Below the pieces are notes generated by a model that saw nothing but the letters and a program-made list of their open reading frames with translations, had not been told where the DNA came from and ran no database searches. From positions 15,468,633-15,532,632 of the forward strand of contig OZ037769.1 in the NCBI GenBank assembly GCA_964035545.1: a stretch of 64,000 bases of DNA, given 5' to 3'. Below, in pieces: positions 27,701-40,441 of this stretch (within the stretch, counting starts at the first letter, position 1; each line of letters begins with the position of its first letter). This stretch comes from Bugula neritina (lineage: Eukaryota > Animalia > Bryozoa). Position numbers and translations under genes: made by a program.

Positions 27701-30700
27701 ATGCACTGCATAGTCGACATCTTCCTTTGTAGCCTTAGCAACCTTACAGATAACCGACTCATCAGTAGGGCTGATAGTGTTGAACGTCCCGCCATCCGAA
27801 GCGTCTATGAACTCATTGTTGACAAACAGCTGATTGGGGGTGTAGAGCTCCATATTGTTGGCGTGTAGTTTGATCTACGAGAGTTCAAATAAATGACGAT
27901 AGGGATGACTAGTTTGTAGTATAAATTGCTTTTCTATATTCAGCGTGATACAAGAACTGAAAGGAACGTCTGAGCAGCAGAAAGGTGAAGATCCAATACA
28001 AAAGCAGAAAATAATTTCTATAACAAATTAAAATTCTAATGTATACTTAAAGTTACAGTTAGTGGCTAATTGTACTTTAGAGAAAAAAATTATAGTTTTT
28101 TTATTTTATTAATTAAAAGGAGTAAAAAGAAATTCCTTCAAAAGTATAACTATATTATCTATTTTCCCGTCTCATCTAATTGTGTAAATAATGTTAATTT
28201 AACTGGAAAAACTTTGTTTAAAATAAACGTTCTATTGAATCAGTTTTCCAATTTATCTGTAAATTAAATTAAAAACAAAACTACAAGTCCGTATAATCTA
28301 AAATTAAAAAGAAAGAAAAAGTAATAAGAGCATACAAATTTAAAAAGCGAAAATGATGATGAACTATACACCTTAGAATCGCCACATGATAAAGGTCAAG
28401 GTTGAAGGTCACTTACTGGGTCATAGGTGAATACATCCTCAGTATCTTCACCTCTGTAGTTAGTCACAAGCATGGCTATGAAGTCCTGGAAGGTAGTGTT
28501 CATGTATACCTTGTCATTGCTTATCTGGAGGTCGCAATGCTGTTTGATTTCCTCTACCAGTCTGTAGTGAATAGCTATTACGGTATATATATTACTAACT
28601 ATTACAGTATATATACAGTGTATAACTATTACAGTATATATACAGTATATAACTATTACAGTATATATACAGTGTATAACTAATACAGTATATGTACAGC
28701 GTATAACTGCCTACGTTACTATAGGTAACAATATATAACAGATATAATATTCCCATACAACATAGTACACAGCCATACAACATGTACTACAATTGCTATT
28801 TAAAACTAGCAACTTCCACAGTATGTGTATTGCAATGCCGTCAGTTTAAAGAGGAATAATAACTCCAAAAATATACAACTCCCAAAAATAAATCATTGAG
28901 CTCCACACCAACATTTACCTCACGACATCCATAGAACCAGCACCACACTCGAAGAAGTCAGTGCTGTCACTGATCTCTATATTGAGAATTCCTTTCCAGA
29001 TACTCTGAGCTTTCTTCTCTATTTCCTGTTCGTCTGCCGTTAGCTGCAGCGTCTGGTGATCAGCTTCCATGTCTCCGCCGAACTTGCTGGCAGCAATCAT
29101 TTTACCATTCGGTAGTGAGATTCTCTCTACATCTACCTGAGTATCGGTATAATACTATGTTATACTATATGCTATGTTATACTATATACTATGCTATACT
29201 ATATACTATGTTATTCTATACTATATACTATGTTATACTGTATACTATGTTATACTATACTATATACTATGCTATACTATATACTATGTTATACTATATA
29301 CTATGTTATACTATATACTATGTTATACTGTATACTATGCTATACTATATACTATGCTATACTATATACTATGTTATACTGTACTATATACTATGTTATA
29401 CTATATACTATGTTATACTATACTATATACTATGTTATACTATATACTATGTTATACTGTACTATATACTATGTTATACTATACTATATACTATGTTATA
29501 CTATATACTATGTTATACTGTACTATATACTATGTTATACTATATACTATGTTATACTATACTATATACTATGTTATACTATATACTATGTTATACTGTA
29601 CTATATACTATGTTATACTATGTTATACTATATACTATGCTATACTATATACTATGTTATACTATACTATATACTATGTTATACTATACTATATACTATG
29701 TTATACTGTACTATATACTATGTTATACTATATACTATGCTATACTATATACTATGTTATACTATATACTATGTTATACTATACTATATACTATGTTATA
29801 CTATATACTATGCTATACTATACTATATACTATGTTATACTATACTATGCTATACTATACTATATACTATGTTATTTCATTTAAACTACTTACCATTTTC
29901 CCGTTGTTCCCAAAGAGCGTAATACCGTGAGAGTGAACAATGGCGGGCTCGGACATGCCTGGTATTGGAAGTGTCTCCCCTGAAGGTCTGTAACTTCTGC
30001 GCAGTTTAGAGCCGTAGAATGTGATTTGCTAAATCAACAGACACATGTCGTCATACAAGGCAAAGCCGTGTCATATACTGTCATAATGTATAAATATCTA
30101 GTAATGAATAATAAAATAGATATTTAAAATTAGTCACTAAATTCTATGAGTCATTATTTATTAAAACAATTATTCTCGAGAAACTTGGGAGTTATCATAA
30201 CTTACTGGGACAGTGAACAAAATCATTCACAGGTCTTACCTTTAGTTACAAGAAAATACCTGATATTTTAGGCTACGTTATTGTACCTGAAGTATGGGTA
30301 GGAGAGCTGACCCAACCTACCTGCCCATTGATAGTGGTCCATGCCCCGGGGTTATGGTCACAGCCTCGTATGAAGTTGTGTATATCAGCTGCAGACTTGT
30401 CGAACTTCAGTTCCACCAGATTTTTCTTCAGCAAAGCTTCGTATGTGGCCTGGGATTCATCTTGAACTATCTTGGGGGCGGTACCATCAGCCACCATCTG
30501 AACTGCCAACCCCTAATAAGTCAATCATGAACCTGAGGCTATGCAATAACAAGTAAAGGTCACCTTAAGGTCAGCTTTGTGGCTATATGAGAAGTTGCGT
30601 TTGTCTACACTCTACAGCAACATTTCCTGTGAGACTGTGATGTATGAAGCCTTAAAATTTGCCTTCACCATGTTAGCAACATGGCTGCATAACCAGATGC

Positions 30701-33700
30701 CCTTGATGACATCACCAATAGCCTGTAGCCTATACTAGCGACTCTACTTAACATACTAAGGCTAAGATGGTTATATAGAAGAAGACAACTCCAACATAGT
30801 ATCATGTATGCTGTCGCTGCCCAAAATAAGCCTAAACCTGTCATTAGTTTATTTGTAAAAAAATCTTTTACTTCTTCAAGTCAGTCAACGGTTTTCTTGA
30901 TTAAAGCAACATTTTATAAAAAAAAAATGATTTGTCACAAGAAATATGAATTGCCATGTACTACGATTCTAAGAATACTTGATATGACCAATAGAAAGAA
31001 CAGACAACTACCAACACTAAACTATGCACTGGTATAGAGCTTCAAATTTATTAAATTAGAAATGCACATTGTTGCTCATTTTATAATAAAATTTAACAAA
31101 CATAAACGTACACTTTAGGTATACTTCAGCTTTTACAATAGGCCTCTGTTGTCAACAATACAGCAACTGTAGTATAGAGTTTGAATAGCAGTCATAAGTC
31201 CTACACAATAGCATGTAGCATTAAGTACAATTTAGTTGGGTTTATCTCTATCATAAGTTATTGAAATGTCCCTAACAGTGTTGAATATAATTACTATAAT
31301 ACTTGAGATATCAGTAGGACCACCTGTAGGAAACAAGGCGCTACATAATATATAATTAAAATACTTTCTGTGTGATGTATACTTTTAGTAAGCCGCAAGT
31401 AGAAAATATCTCTATGATAATATTCCCCCAACTCAACTACTCGTTGCCGCTACACCCCTTGTTCATCCACCCTTCCAACTACACCCACCTGGCTGTACAC
31501 TCAGAGTGGAACTCACCATTGACTTGACACCTTCCGGGTAGAGGAATCTGTTGTAGATGGTATCAACGGTATCGTTGGGTAACACTTCACACTCTCTCTG
31601 CAGCAGGATTGGCCCGGTGTCTAGTCCATCATCAGCCCAGAATACGGAGAAACCAGCTTTCTTATCTCCACACTTCAAAGTCCTGCATACAGAGTATATG
31701 TATTATGATACAGTATATAACATGAGAGAATATATTATAATACAGCATAGAACATGAGGAAATATGTATTATTGTATAGTGGCATTTAACATTGCATCAT
31801 CTACAACTAGTCTGGGTGTGGAGCCTAGCCGGCAACCGCAGGTAATCAATCAAACTTATGTCACCTTCTAATTAATAGTACCTGCTGTATGCTATAGTCT
31901 CTACCTTGATATAACTAACAGATTCACTGTCTTTGCTTGGAAGGAGAAATACTGTAGAGTTCAGTGTTTAGTATCACAGAAAGTTATTAACTATTAGAGT
32001 TTTAGAGATTTTATTTGCACCACTTTCATACTTCCCGCATTGTCTTCATATGCTTCCAGTTATATTCAAAGTAGTGTGACTGAGATTAAAGTAATGAGAC
32101 TGAGTTAAAGGGACGTGGTCCAACTAGGTACACCCCCACCCTGTAACATTTGCCTAAACTAGCTAATAAACTCAACTCTATTCTCCATCAAATTCACGCT
32201 GTTCTTCAGTGGAGGTTTGTTACAGTAATGAAGAAAAGCCTGTGTTCTAGATTACAAATGTAGAACGAGAAGCTATGTTCAACCCTCACCCAAAACCAAA
32301 AATTAAGCAAATTACAGAACTTAGGCTACTATTAAAATCTCTCCTCTACTGCTCCTAAACATCTAATCCACTGTACTATATCAAGTCATCTCAATATTTG
32401 GAGTTTTTGGAAGAAACTAGCAGAGCCTGTTATCTAGGACACTAGAGATGGTTCTGCTCATTTAGAAACCTTAGAGTTACATAACAATGTTGTCTCCAGG
32501 GCATCAGTACACATGCTAATCTCAACTCAGCACAAATAATATTACTGCAGTGTTTGTGCTGTTATCTAGTTTCAACTGGTTGGCATATCATAACAGCTGA
32601 GGACAGCTTTGTGTGGGAACTGCCAATAACCAGAGTAAAACACAGCAGAGTGTACGTGTACTTAGATGTTTGTATACATATATGTTCACTAGAAAGCCCA
32701 AAAAGGTATGATTTTATATGTTTTAGCAATGAAAAATCATCCATGAAATAAGAAAAACTTTAGTGTGAGAGTTACAGCAAAAGATGTAGTGGCTTGGGCT
32801 AAAAACTTTTAGTTTCGAGTTTGGGGGTCATAATTTGGCAAATTCTCATGCTGTAAATTTCTCTTAGAACTGGTGCTAATCACAAAAATAACATCTTTAC
32901 AAAAAGACAGCACAGCCATAGTTATAGTCTTGTTATAGTTAGAGAACCGAGGCTATACATTATAACTCACCAGTTAATAGCGGAGGCCCCGCGATGTAGA
33001 GGTAGCAGAGACGGGTGGTAGCAGATAGACTTGTGTTGAGGGTGGTTTATCACTTCCATGGGTATGAACTGTGAACAGAAGGGAAGTACATTCAACTCCG
33101 CACCGACACTCTTGTAGGCGTCGAGTATTTCGGGAATAGCCTGACCTTTACGCCTCCATGCCTTATTCTTGAACACTTCAACTCCGTCATCCTGAGCTAT
33201 TTGAGCTGTGTACAACAATATATAACACCTCTTAACTTGTGTGGGTGTTCGAGTTACAAAGCTATTGTCTGCAATACTTTACTAGCTAGTCTATTGCCGA
33301 TGTTTATTTCTTTGTCATAACCATAAAATCTCAAAACTTAAAAATAATTATATTGGAGAATTTCATGCCTTACATTTTTTTTCAAAATCACTGGCATCTG
33401 TACATTAACTGCAGAAGCAAAATTTTAATTCAATTTTGTTTTTGCTAGTAATTAGAAAGCTAATGGCTTTTTGATAGCTTTGGGACCTACCGGCATAGTT
33501 CGTGTAGGTGTCAATGGCTGCTGCCTACTCGGATAGTATTTAGCTACAAACACTGATACCATAAAGTAACAAGCCTACCTAGTGGGTCTGGTCGACCGTG
33601 TTCATCTGGAATAGTGAAAACACCAACAACTTCATGACCCTTCTTCTTGAGTAAACTGTAGACATCAGCACCAAACTGTGACTGGCCGATAATAGCCAGC

Positions 33701-34116
33701 TTCAGTGACTGTCTCGGAGCTGTATGGCTCTGCAAAGATTAAGAGTTGTACACTAACTTAAATATATTTATAATACTTTATAATTATAATATTCTAAAAG
33801 AAATTCTTCTAATAGTAGAGGAAGAAAGTTAATTATAAATATAACAATAATATCTACAATACATAAAATTCATTTACTTGTTACACGTATGGCTAAGCTT
33901 TTGTTTCAGCAGCTACAATCAATGTTGTTAGACAATGACAAAGTTAAAGTAAGTTTAAATTCAAATTAAAACATGGAAATTGGAAGAAGTAACTCAAACT
34001 GTAAAATTGAAAAATAGCAAATCAATTTGAATGTCAACTCTTTATGTTTTAGCAAGACTTACAGAATAAAAACATGCCCTTGTGTAAAGTAAACTGGTTC
34101 CACGAAGTAGCCTCAT
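23230..34116 (-). CDS. ALDH1L2: 10-formyltetrahydrofolate dehydrogenase, mitochondrial-type (~924 aa, 18 coding exons)
   Basis: Exons 34116-34063, 33729-33579, 33205-32971, 31682-31517, 30512-30321, 30028-29894, 29136-28919, 28561-28417, 27874-27692, 27407-27349, 27176-26955, 26515-26322, 25941-25748, 25471-25265, 24708-24545, 24245-24151, 23548-23444, 23285-23230; total 2775 nt in frame. Formyltransferase domain ([30 protein letters not shown]); ACP Ser ([14 protein letters not shown]); ALDH motifs ([25 protein letters not shown]); Arg-rich presequence. L1 versus L2 orthology is not strictly resolvable in an invertebrate. Confidence 0.96.
23565..24120. repeat. 28-bp minisatellite, ~20 copies (GACAACTACAATACTATGATAAAGAGTA), fills an ALDH1L2 intron
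   Basis: Period 28 measured (23575 to 23603); degenerates to the right. Confidence 0.95.
24749..25220. repeat. Compound (GT)n/(GA)n microsatellite with higher-order duplications, intronic
   Basis: Directly visible; source of the CV/HT-rich spurious ORFs. Confidence 0.97.
26635..26946. repeat. Degenerate 11-12-bp repeat (TGAGTCATAAAC) containing nine perfect AP-1 sites
   Basis: TGAGTCA at 26637, 26718, 26766, 26777, 26812, 26847, 26870, 26916, 26939, plus CGAGTCA/TAAGTCA variants. Confidence 0.9.
28575..28710. repeat. 27-bp tandem repeat, ~5 copies (TATAACTATTACAGTATATATACAGTG), intronic
   Basis: Directly visible. Confidence 0.85.
29150..29875. repeat. Pentamer satellite (TATAC/TATGT/TATGC) filling intron 29137-29893
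   Basis: Directly visible; gives Y/L/I-rich ORFs in all three + frames. Confidence 0.97.
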
Positions 34117-34119
34117 CTT

Positions 34120-34690
34120 AGCAGGCAGTTGCAACTCAAATGTTAAAAATTAATACGTCGAATGCCAAAACCAAAAACACGGGAACTGGACGAAACTGGT
34201 TGGCATTTATTAGAAGTCTTGCTGTTGTTTAGGACGCTAGCACGCATTTATATTTATCGTTATTGTTTTGCCAAAATCTTTACCTGCGGTTAAATATTCT
34301 AAAATACTATCACGTGGAATGTTCACGTTATGCCACCAATAGCATTTAATAATGATGTCGCGCGCTACTAAAAGGCCAATGATTTAACAGTAGCTTTATT
34401 TACAAGCAAAGCACGACGCGCCCTCTATAAACATGGATAAGAAAATGCATGTATTTGATTTGACCAAAGCGCCCTCTATAAACATTCCAACTCACTTTTT
34501 CCATGCTGGCCTGATTGAGCAGAGAAATTTGATAGCATCTGACTTGAAATCCCTGCTAACATCCATATTAATATTGGCTGTAATCTGGCTAAACAGGGTT
34601 TCAATCAAATGTACTAGTGGCGGTTAAATACAATGTTATAGCATAATTTCCATACAATAAGTACAACTTTATCACGTAAGTTTACGTTAT
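34120..34690. promoter_or_regulatory. Divergent promoter between ALDH1L2 (-) and FBXO8 (+)
   Basis: CpG-rich; E-box CACGTG 34311-34316; CCAAT boxes at ~34336 and ~34376; GCGCCCTCTATAAACA duplicated at ~34418 and ~34468; donor-like AC|GTAAGT at ~34676 could end a non-coding FBXO8 exon 1 (an acceptor TAG lies just before ATG 36606). Confidence 0.55.
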
Positions 34691-36605
34691 AAATATCATT
34701 ATGATTACCGTTACGACTATCATGATGATAATCATTATGATTATCAATATGAATAATTATAAATTATAATATACCACTATGATATTGATAATCATTATCA
34801 TTTTGATTATGATTATTAATAATACTATAATTATATTTTAAGTTTTGCTTATTGTTTTTCAATTTCAATTTAATAATAAAATTATCATCAACTAAATAAT
34901 GAGTAAAACTAAATGTAATGTTACAGTTATGTTATACGGTTTGAGTTACACTCATACTCATAGTCATTGACTAATCAATATCATTAACTTAAAGACTAGA
35001 GCTATTTTTATCATTATTATATATTGGTAATACTAATATTTCTAAGTTATTATAATTATTTAATTTTAATTTGATAACATTAGATTTAATCTAACTTCAA
35101 CTATAAGACATTGACATAAGACTAAGAAATAAAGTATTACTTTGCATTGAATTTGATGATTATTATTAATTTATTGTAATTATACTGGTACTGACGGTAA
35201 TTGGCATTACATTTACTGTTAGTGTTAGTTTTACTCTATAAATATAACTGTTATTTTTAAACTTAGAGTTAGTGTAACTGTAAGTACTAGACTAACTCTA
35301 AATATTGCTACTAGTATTAGTGCAATTTAAACTTTAAATAATGTTATTACTATTTACTATAATAATCATAATACTAATTATTATTATATCTATTGTTTGC
35401 TAGCAATAGCAGTACCTACTAACTGCCGCAAATAGAAGCAAATTAATGAAATACCATTATAATTATTATGTAGATACTATTGCGATTAGTACCACTTTTT
35501 TTTAAACTAATGAATATTATTATTATGTTTAGTATTCTTATTGAAATGATTATAATAGTAAAATTGGCAGCAATAGTGCTATTTTTAATTTCTCTTAGGT
35601 TTTTTCTCAACTCTTAATGTCTACTTATATTTAGTCTTATAGTCACAGTGAATAAATTTTTAAACAAGGCTTTCCAGTCGTCTGGTTATTATGCATTAAA
35701 CTTGGTGAACAGTTGAAATCATCATTATTAAATTTAAAATGATCAGTAATATTAGTAATGACTCAATGAGCATAATGTTGATTTGAAAAGTTTTACTCCG
35801 TCTGAAATTCAAAGTGTCGCTAAGTATTACTTGCAGGTAAATTATTTGATCACACATAGATTTTAATTCTGTAACTACTGGTATTCACAATCCTTAAACT
35901 ATGCATAGTATAATTCTAATTGAAATTGGGCATTTATTTTTGTTCTTGCTGAGACTAACTTCAACAGTCATTTTTATTTTTATTTTTATTACTCATTGGG
36001 TTGATTTATGAAACAGAGAACCAAAGTCTCAGTTTCACCTAATGATTTTATATCATATTTCAGTCTGTTGAAGAAACTTTTTATTGACACTGAGATGATC
36101 ATATTGATGCTAATTGTAGTTATTATTGTGATTATTACTCAAATTTACATCATTGTCAGTGTTCATATCAATACTTTTAAAATTAAATTCAATAAAAACC
36201 TCATTTTTATTTTGACTGCAAATCAATATTTTTATTAATTCATCTTTATACGTATATTTTATATTCTTAGTTATTATTTTATTAATATATATGTCATTGT
36301 TATTACATATATCATCATCATCATGCGTTTCATGAGTTTTGTGTTGCGTTACGTTTATCTGGTGTTGATATTATATCACAAATTGGTGTTAATGTGTGAT
36401 TTTTCCAAGCCACTACTAACACATAGGCTAAACCTAATTTTTATTTTCTGTTGTTTTCAATCAATGAATTAACTCTGTAATCTTGCAACATTTAGCCTCT
36501 GTATTATCATTCTGATTGTCTCATGTTGTGTAGATAACTTCTCATTTTGCTAAAGGATGAGATACCCAGGCCACAGGCATATCTTATGTATTATATTATC
36601 TAGTC

Positions 36606-39003
36606 ATGGGTCAGCACCTGAGCTCAAGGTCATACGATGTCTACGACCTTCCTGACAGCGAGACATCTCTCCTGACCAAGGCTGAAAGTTTTCCTGATCT
36701 GCGAAACTTGCCTCCAGAAATTGGACTAAAAATATTGTCTAACGTCAGCGCTCACGAGCTCCGTGTGTGTCGGTATATTTGGGCTGACTTAGCCAGCGAT
36801 GAGCTGCTGTGGAAACGGTAAACATTCTATTCTTTGTATTTTTTGCAGTGCAAGTTAGTAAGATGTTTATTTAATGATCAAATATACTATTTTGTTGTAT
36901 TCAAGTCTTCAATAGCCTACAAACCCATAGCTCAGTGCTAAAATATGAGTTGTTAGTAACATGAGTTATCAATCAACTTTATTTTAGGCATCCATGCTCA
37001 GTTTTGGTTGTTTTTCATGAATTTCAACTAAGTTCAAAGGCATGAAGATACAAAGGTTAAAAATATGTTATTTTTCCTTTTTCCAAATTTAACCTCATTT
37101 AGTCACCAGATTACATAACCATTATGTAACTCTTTACTACTGGACAGGTTGTGTTATGAGAATTGGAGTTTCTGTACAGCCTATAAAACGCCAAGGTCAT
37201 TGCAAGGTCGTCACTTTTGGAAAAGCCTTTTCAACACTCTTGAGTCAGGCACGGAGTCTTTCAATACGTTTATCACTGATGAGGTTAGATAGTTTAGTTC
37301 GTAGACTTAGTGTCAAATGTGCTATATCCTCTTGGTTAAGGTGGCTAGTCATCCCCCCTCCTATATGACAAATGTGAAATCATAGAGAACTATATACTAT
37401 AGTTATATTATATACTATTTACTATTATATTATATACTGTTTACTAGTGCATGCCATTCTCTCATATAACAGCTTCACATCAAAGTTAAATTTAATTCTG
37501 AAATCTAGTTTCAGTTGTATAAAGTTACGCATCAACAAAATTCCTCCAGAAGTTCTTTACTTGTTGTAATTTTTTTTATTTAAATTTGTTAAACAATAAG
37601 TTTTCTTTGTACTGTTTTATCATATAAAAATTTTCAAAGCTAACTTTGTTTATAAACTACATTGAAACAAATAATTGTAATTTACAGGCATGCATGGAGT
37701 GTTTTTGACTTTCTATTTTAATATGCAATTTTCATTCGCTTGCAGTCGAACTCGGGGCTGTATGTATTGATGTCTATGAGAGTGCTGAGCAATGAGCCCG
37801 AAGACATCACTCAGTTTATTCTCGGCACGGACCTTCTTAAAACAGCCCATGTCGTCGAGTTGTTTCGTCACAGGTTCGTCTCTTAAAGCAACTGTGTATT
37901 TTCCCTTTTGCTCACAAAACTTACTATTACTATAGGCTGAAGCTTGCTTCACCTGGTAGGCAAGGTGTACTCTACACTTGATGAACTGACTTGGACTTAT
38001 TGAGTCGTAATAACTGGAGTTATCTGATCACGTCAACTTTGTGTCTAACTTTATTTTAATTTTGTATTTAATTGTTTTAAACTTACTTGACTTTCTTGGT
38101 CAGTCAAGAATCACTGTAGACTTTGTCGTTTGACTGTAGTTAGTAGAGAGCTTGGTTTTCACTGACCCAAATATCGGTGCATCAAGAAATTCTATGATAT
38201 AAAAATTATATGATATAAAGAAATAATTTTACATGTTATTTCATTTTTATATGATATTTCTTTTGACATTCTTGTTTTTCTGCGTTATGTAATATATCTT
38301 ATGCTGGCTGAATTCAGCGTATTTGAAGCATGTTCATAGTCAAAAGGTGGCATAAAATTTCTGCCTTCACTAATTCTGTCAATATTTTATGCTGAGTTTG
38401 CAATACTTTGGTTCATCATTCTGTAGATACGACGTTCTGTCATGTTATATCAGTAAACATGATTTCACCGGCTGGTTTCTACCGATTGCCATGAGGTCTT
38501 TCTTCTTCAAACTCTCCATTTCTATGAGGCGACTCAACGCTTTCAAAGTTCACCTTCTTTCGGAGTTTTCTCACCGCTACTGTGATGGAAACCCTTCATT
38601 CAACATAGGTGAGAGCATAACTCCTCGTAGTGTAAACCTGAGAATAATATACAAACTTGTAATATTACTATTCCGAGCTTTTATTGGGCATTGCTTTTAC
38701 TTTATTCTCAAGCCAAAAGTTTTTTATCTTATACTCAATCATGAATTGTAGTTCAATTTCATTTTCATATTGTTTGTTTTAGATGCACTGCTAGTGGTAG
38801 TTCACTCGTTAATACTTCTCTCCAATGATCTGTGTAACCCGATGATTAAGAACAAGATGTCAAAGAGAGAGTATATAAAGAACACACTGCACGGTCTCTC
38901 CAGCACACACCAAGGGAGCATAGACAATGAGTTCTTGGGACATGTTTATGACAATGTCTACCTAGTAGGTCACGTAGCACCAGAGAGACTTGATGGGCTG
39001 TGA
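36606..39003 (+). CDS. FBXO8: F-box only protein 8-like (F-box + Sec7-like domain, ~292 aa)
   Basis: Exons 36606-36817, 37148-37283, 37746-37873, 38427-38608, 38783-39003; total 879 nt in frame. F-box LRNLPPEIGLKILS...WADLASDELLW; FLPIAMRSFF, FSHRYC, SLILLSNDL, KNKMSKREYIKNT and GHVYDNVYLVGHVA match the FBXO8 family as recalled. Confidence 0.9.
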
Positions 39004-39070
39004 GTCAGCGTGTTATACAGGTCAAAGTTCAGCTGCCTGTATTATACAGGTCAAGGTTCAGCCTGAGAAT

Positions 39071-39834
39071 CACGGGCTTTCCATGTACCGATCTCAGATC
39101 GATCTCGCTGAGATCGATCTGAAACATGTTTCAGATCGATCATTTTTCCATGAGAGTGTCAGATCGATCTCGCGAAGTTGCCCCCTCTTAAGTGAAGGAT
39201 ACTTTAAAAGTATAATTTGTTCACCTATTTGAGTGATTAAAGCTACTACTGTTGAAAACAAGATGGTCGTAGTCTAAAATTTAATCCCAGCCATAAACTA
39301 TACGCAACAAAGCTTTCAGTGTATAGTAATTTGGCCAATTTAAAATAATTAATTATAATTTTTTAGCTTGACAGCTTATATAAAATTAATGGCTGTCTTG
39401 CAGATTATTAATAAACTTACAGGACTGTTAGGCTTAAAATTACAAAGAAAATAGCTAATGAAACTAAGTTTTAATAGTCATTTAAATTCAATTTAAATTC
39501 TCCCATTTTTTTACCTTCTACTGCATATAATTGAGTTTTCTTAATCATTGTACTGAAAGTCAAAGTTTTGGCATCTGAAAAGGTGGCTATCATAATTATT
39601 TAATACTTTGCTTAGTAATTATCAATAAGTTATCATTTTTATTAGCAGACAACATTGTAGCGAGCAGTCTTTTTCTACTTCTCAGATCGATCTGGCGCCT
39701 TTCCATGGTCTTATTGACATGAGATCGATCTGAGTTCGAGCTCCACAGACCGACCAGCTCAGATCGACGGAGATCGATCTTTGGCGTCTTTCCATGGATC
39801 GATCTCGCTGAGATCGGTACATGGAAAGCCGGTG
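39071..39834. mobile_element. 764-bp non-autonomous DNA transposon (MITE) with CAC...GTG termini and 3-bp TSD; CMC/Chapaev-like
   Basis: 27-bp TIR CAC(G/C)GGCTTTCCATGTACCGATCTCAG with 1 mismatch; AAT on both flanks (39068-70, 39835-37); clustered subterminal palindromes AGATCGATCT at both ends. Confidence 0.85.
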
Positions 39835-40441
39835 AATGTCTAGTCAGATTCGACCCACCAGTCTTTCCCCACTCCAAGTGATGAAGCACTTCCATTAGAT
39901 AGTAGTTGTGTGTAGGGAGTCTCACTACACCCCCCCACCTTAGCACTCTTCTCGTATAGTTTTAAGGCTATGTCTCAATGAACTCTCATTTCTGGTGTTG
40001 ATTCAAAAAGTGTGTGATTTTATTCCTACTATTTTTTTACTATAGTTTTATTTTTAAGACATTCCTTTATGTTATACTGTTGAGTTCATTCAAGTTTGGA
40101 TATTACTGTATTTTATATGAATTCACATTGTATAGCCAAGTTATACATTTTATTTCAAGTGGTTTTATAACAATTGAAACGTCTTGCAAAAATATATAAA
40201 AATGATTTATAATTATCAGTTGGAATTCTTGGATAAACATTCAAGTATTTGCTGAGTCAAGTTTTAAATAATTGAGAATAAAAATATGAAAATAAATATT
40301 GCTTGTCTTGAGTAAGTAAAGATGGAGTATAACCTGGAATGTGAAAAAGACAACCTAGTATTTACAGGGTGGGTTTTTGAAGCCCTGGTACTATCTCTGC
40401 AGAATCTAGGCTATCTCCGCAGAGTCTGAACTAGGCAATAC

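Noticed and set aside
29115-29930. Three overlapping 236-271-aa Tyr-rich ORFs
   Set aside because: Stop-free pentamer satellite, antisense within an intron.
38990-39946. ORFs 38990-39232 and 39596-39946 as transposase fragments
   Set aside because: They only translate the MITE's repeated termini; no DDE or zinc-finger motifs.
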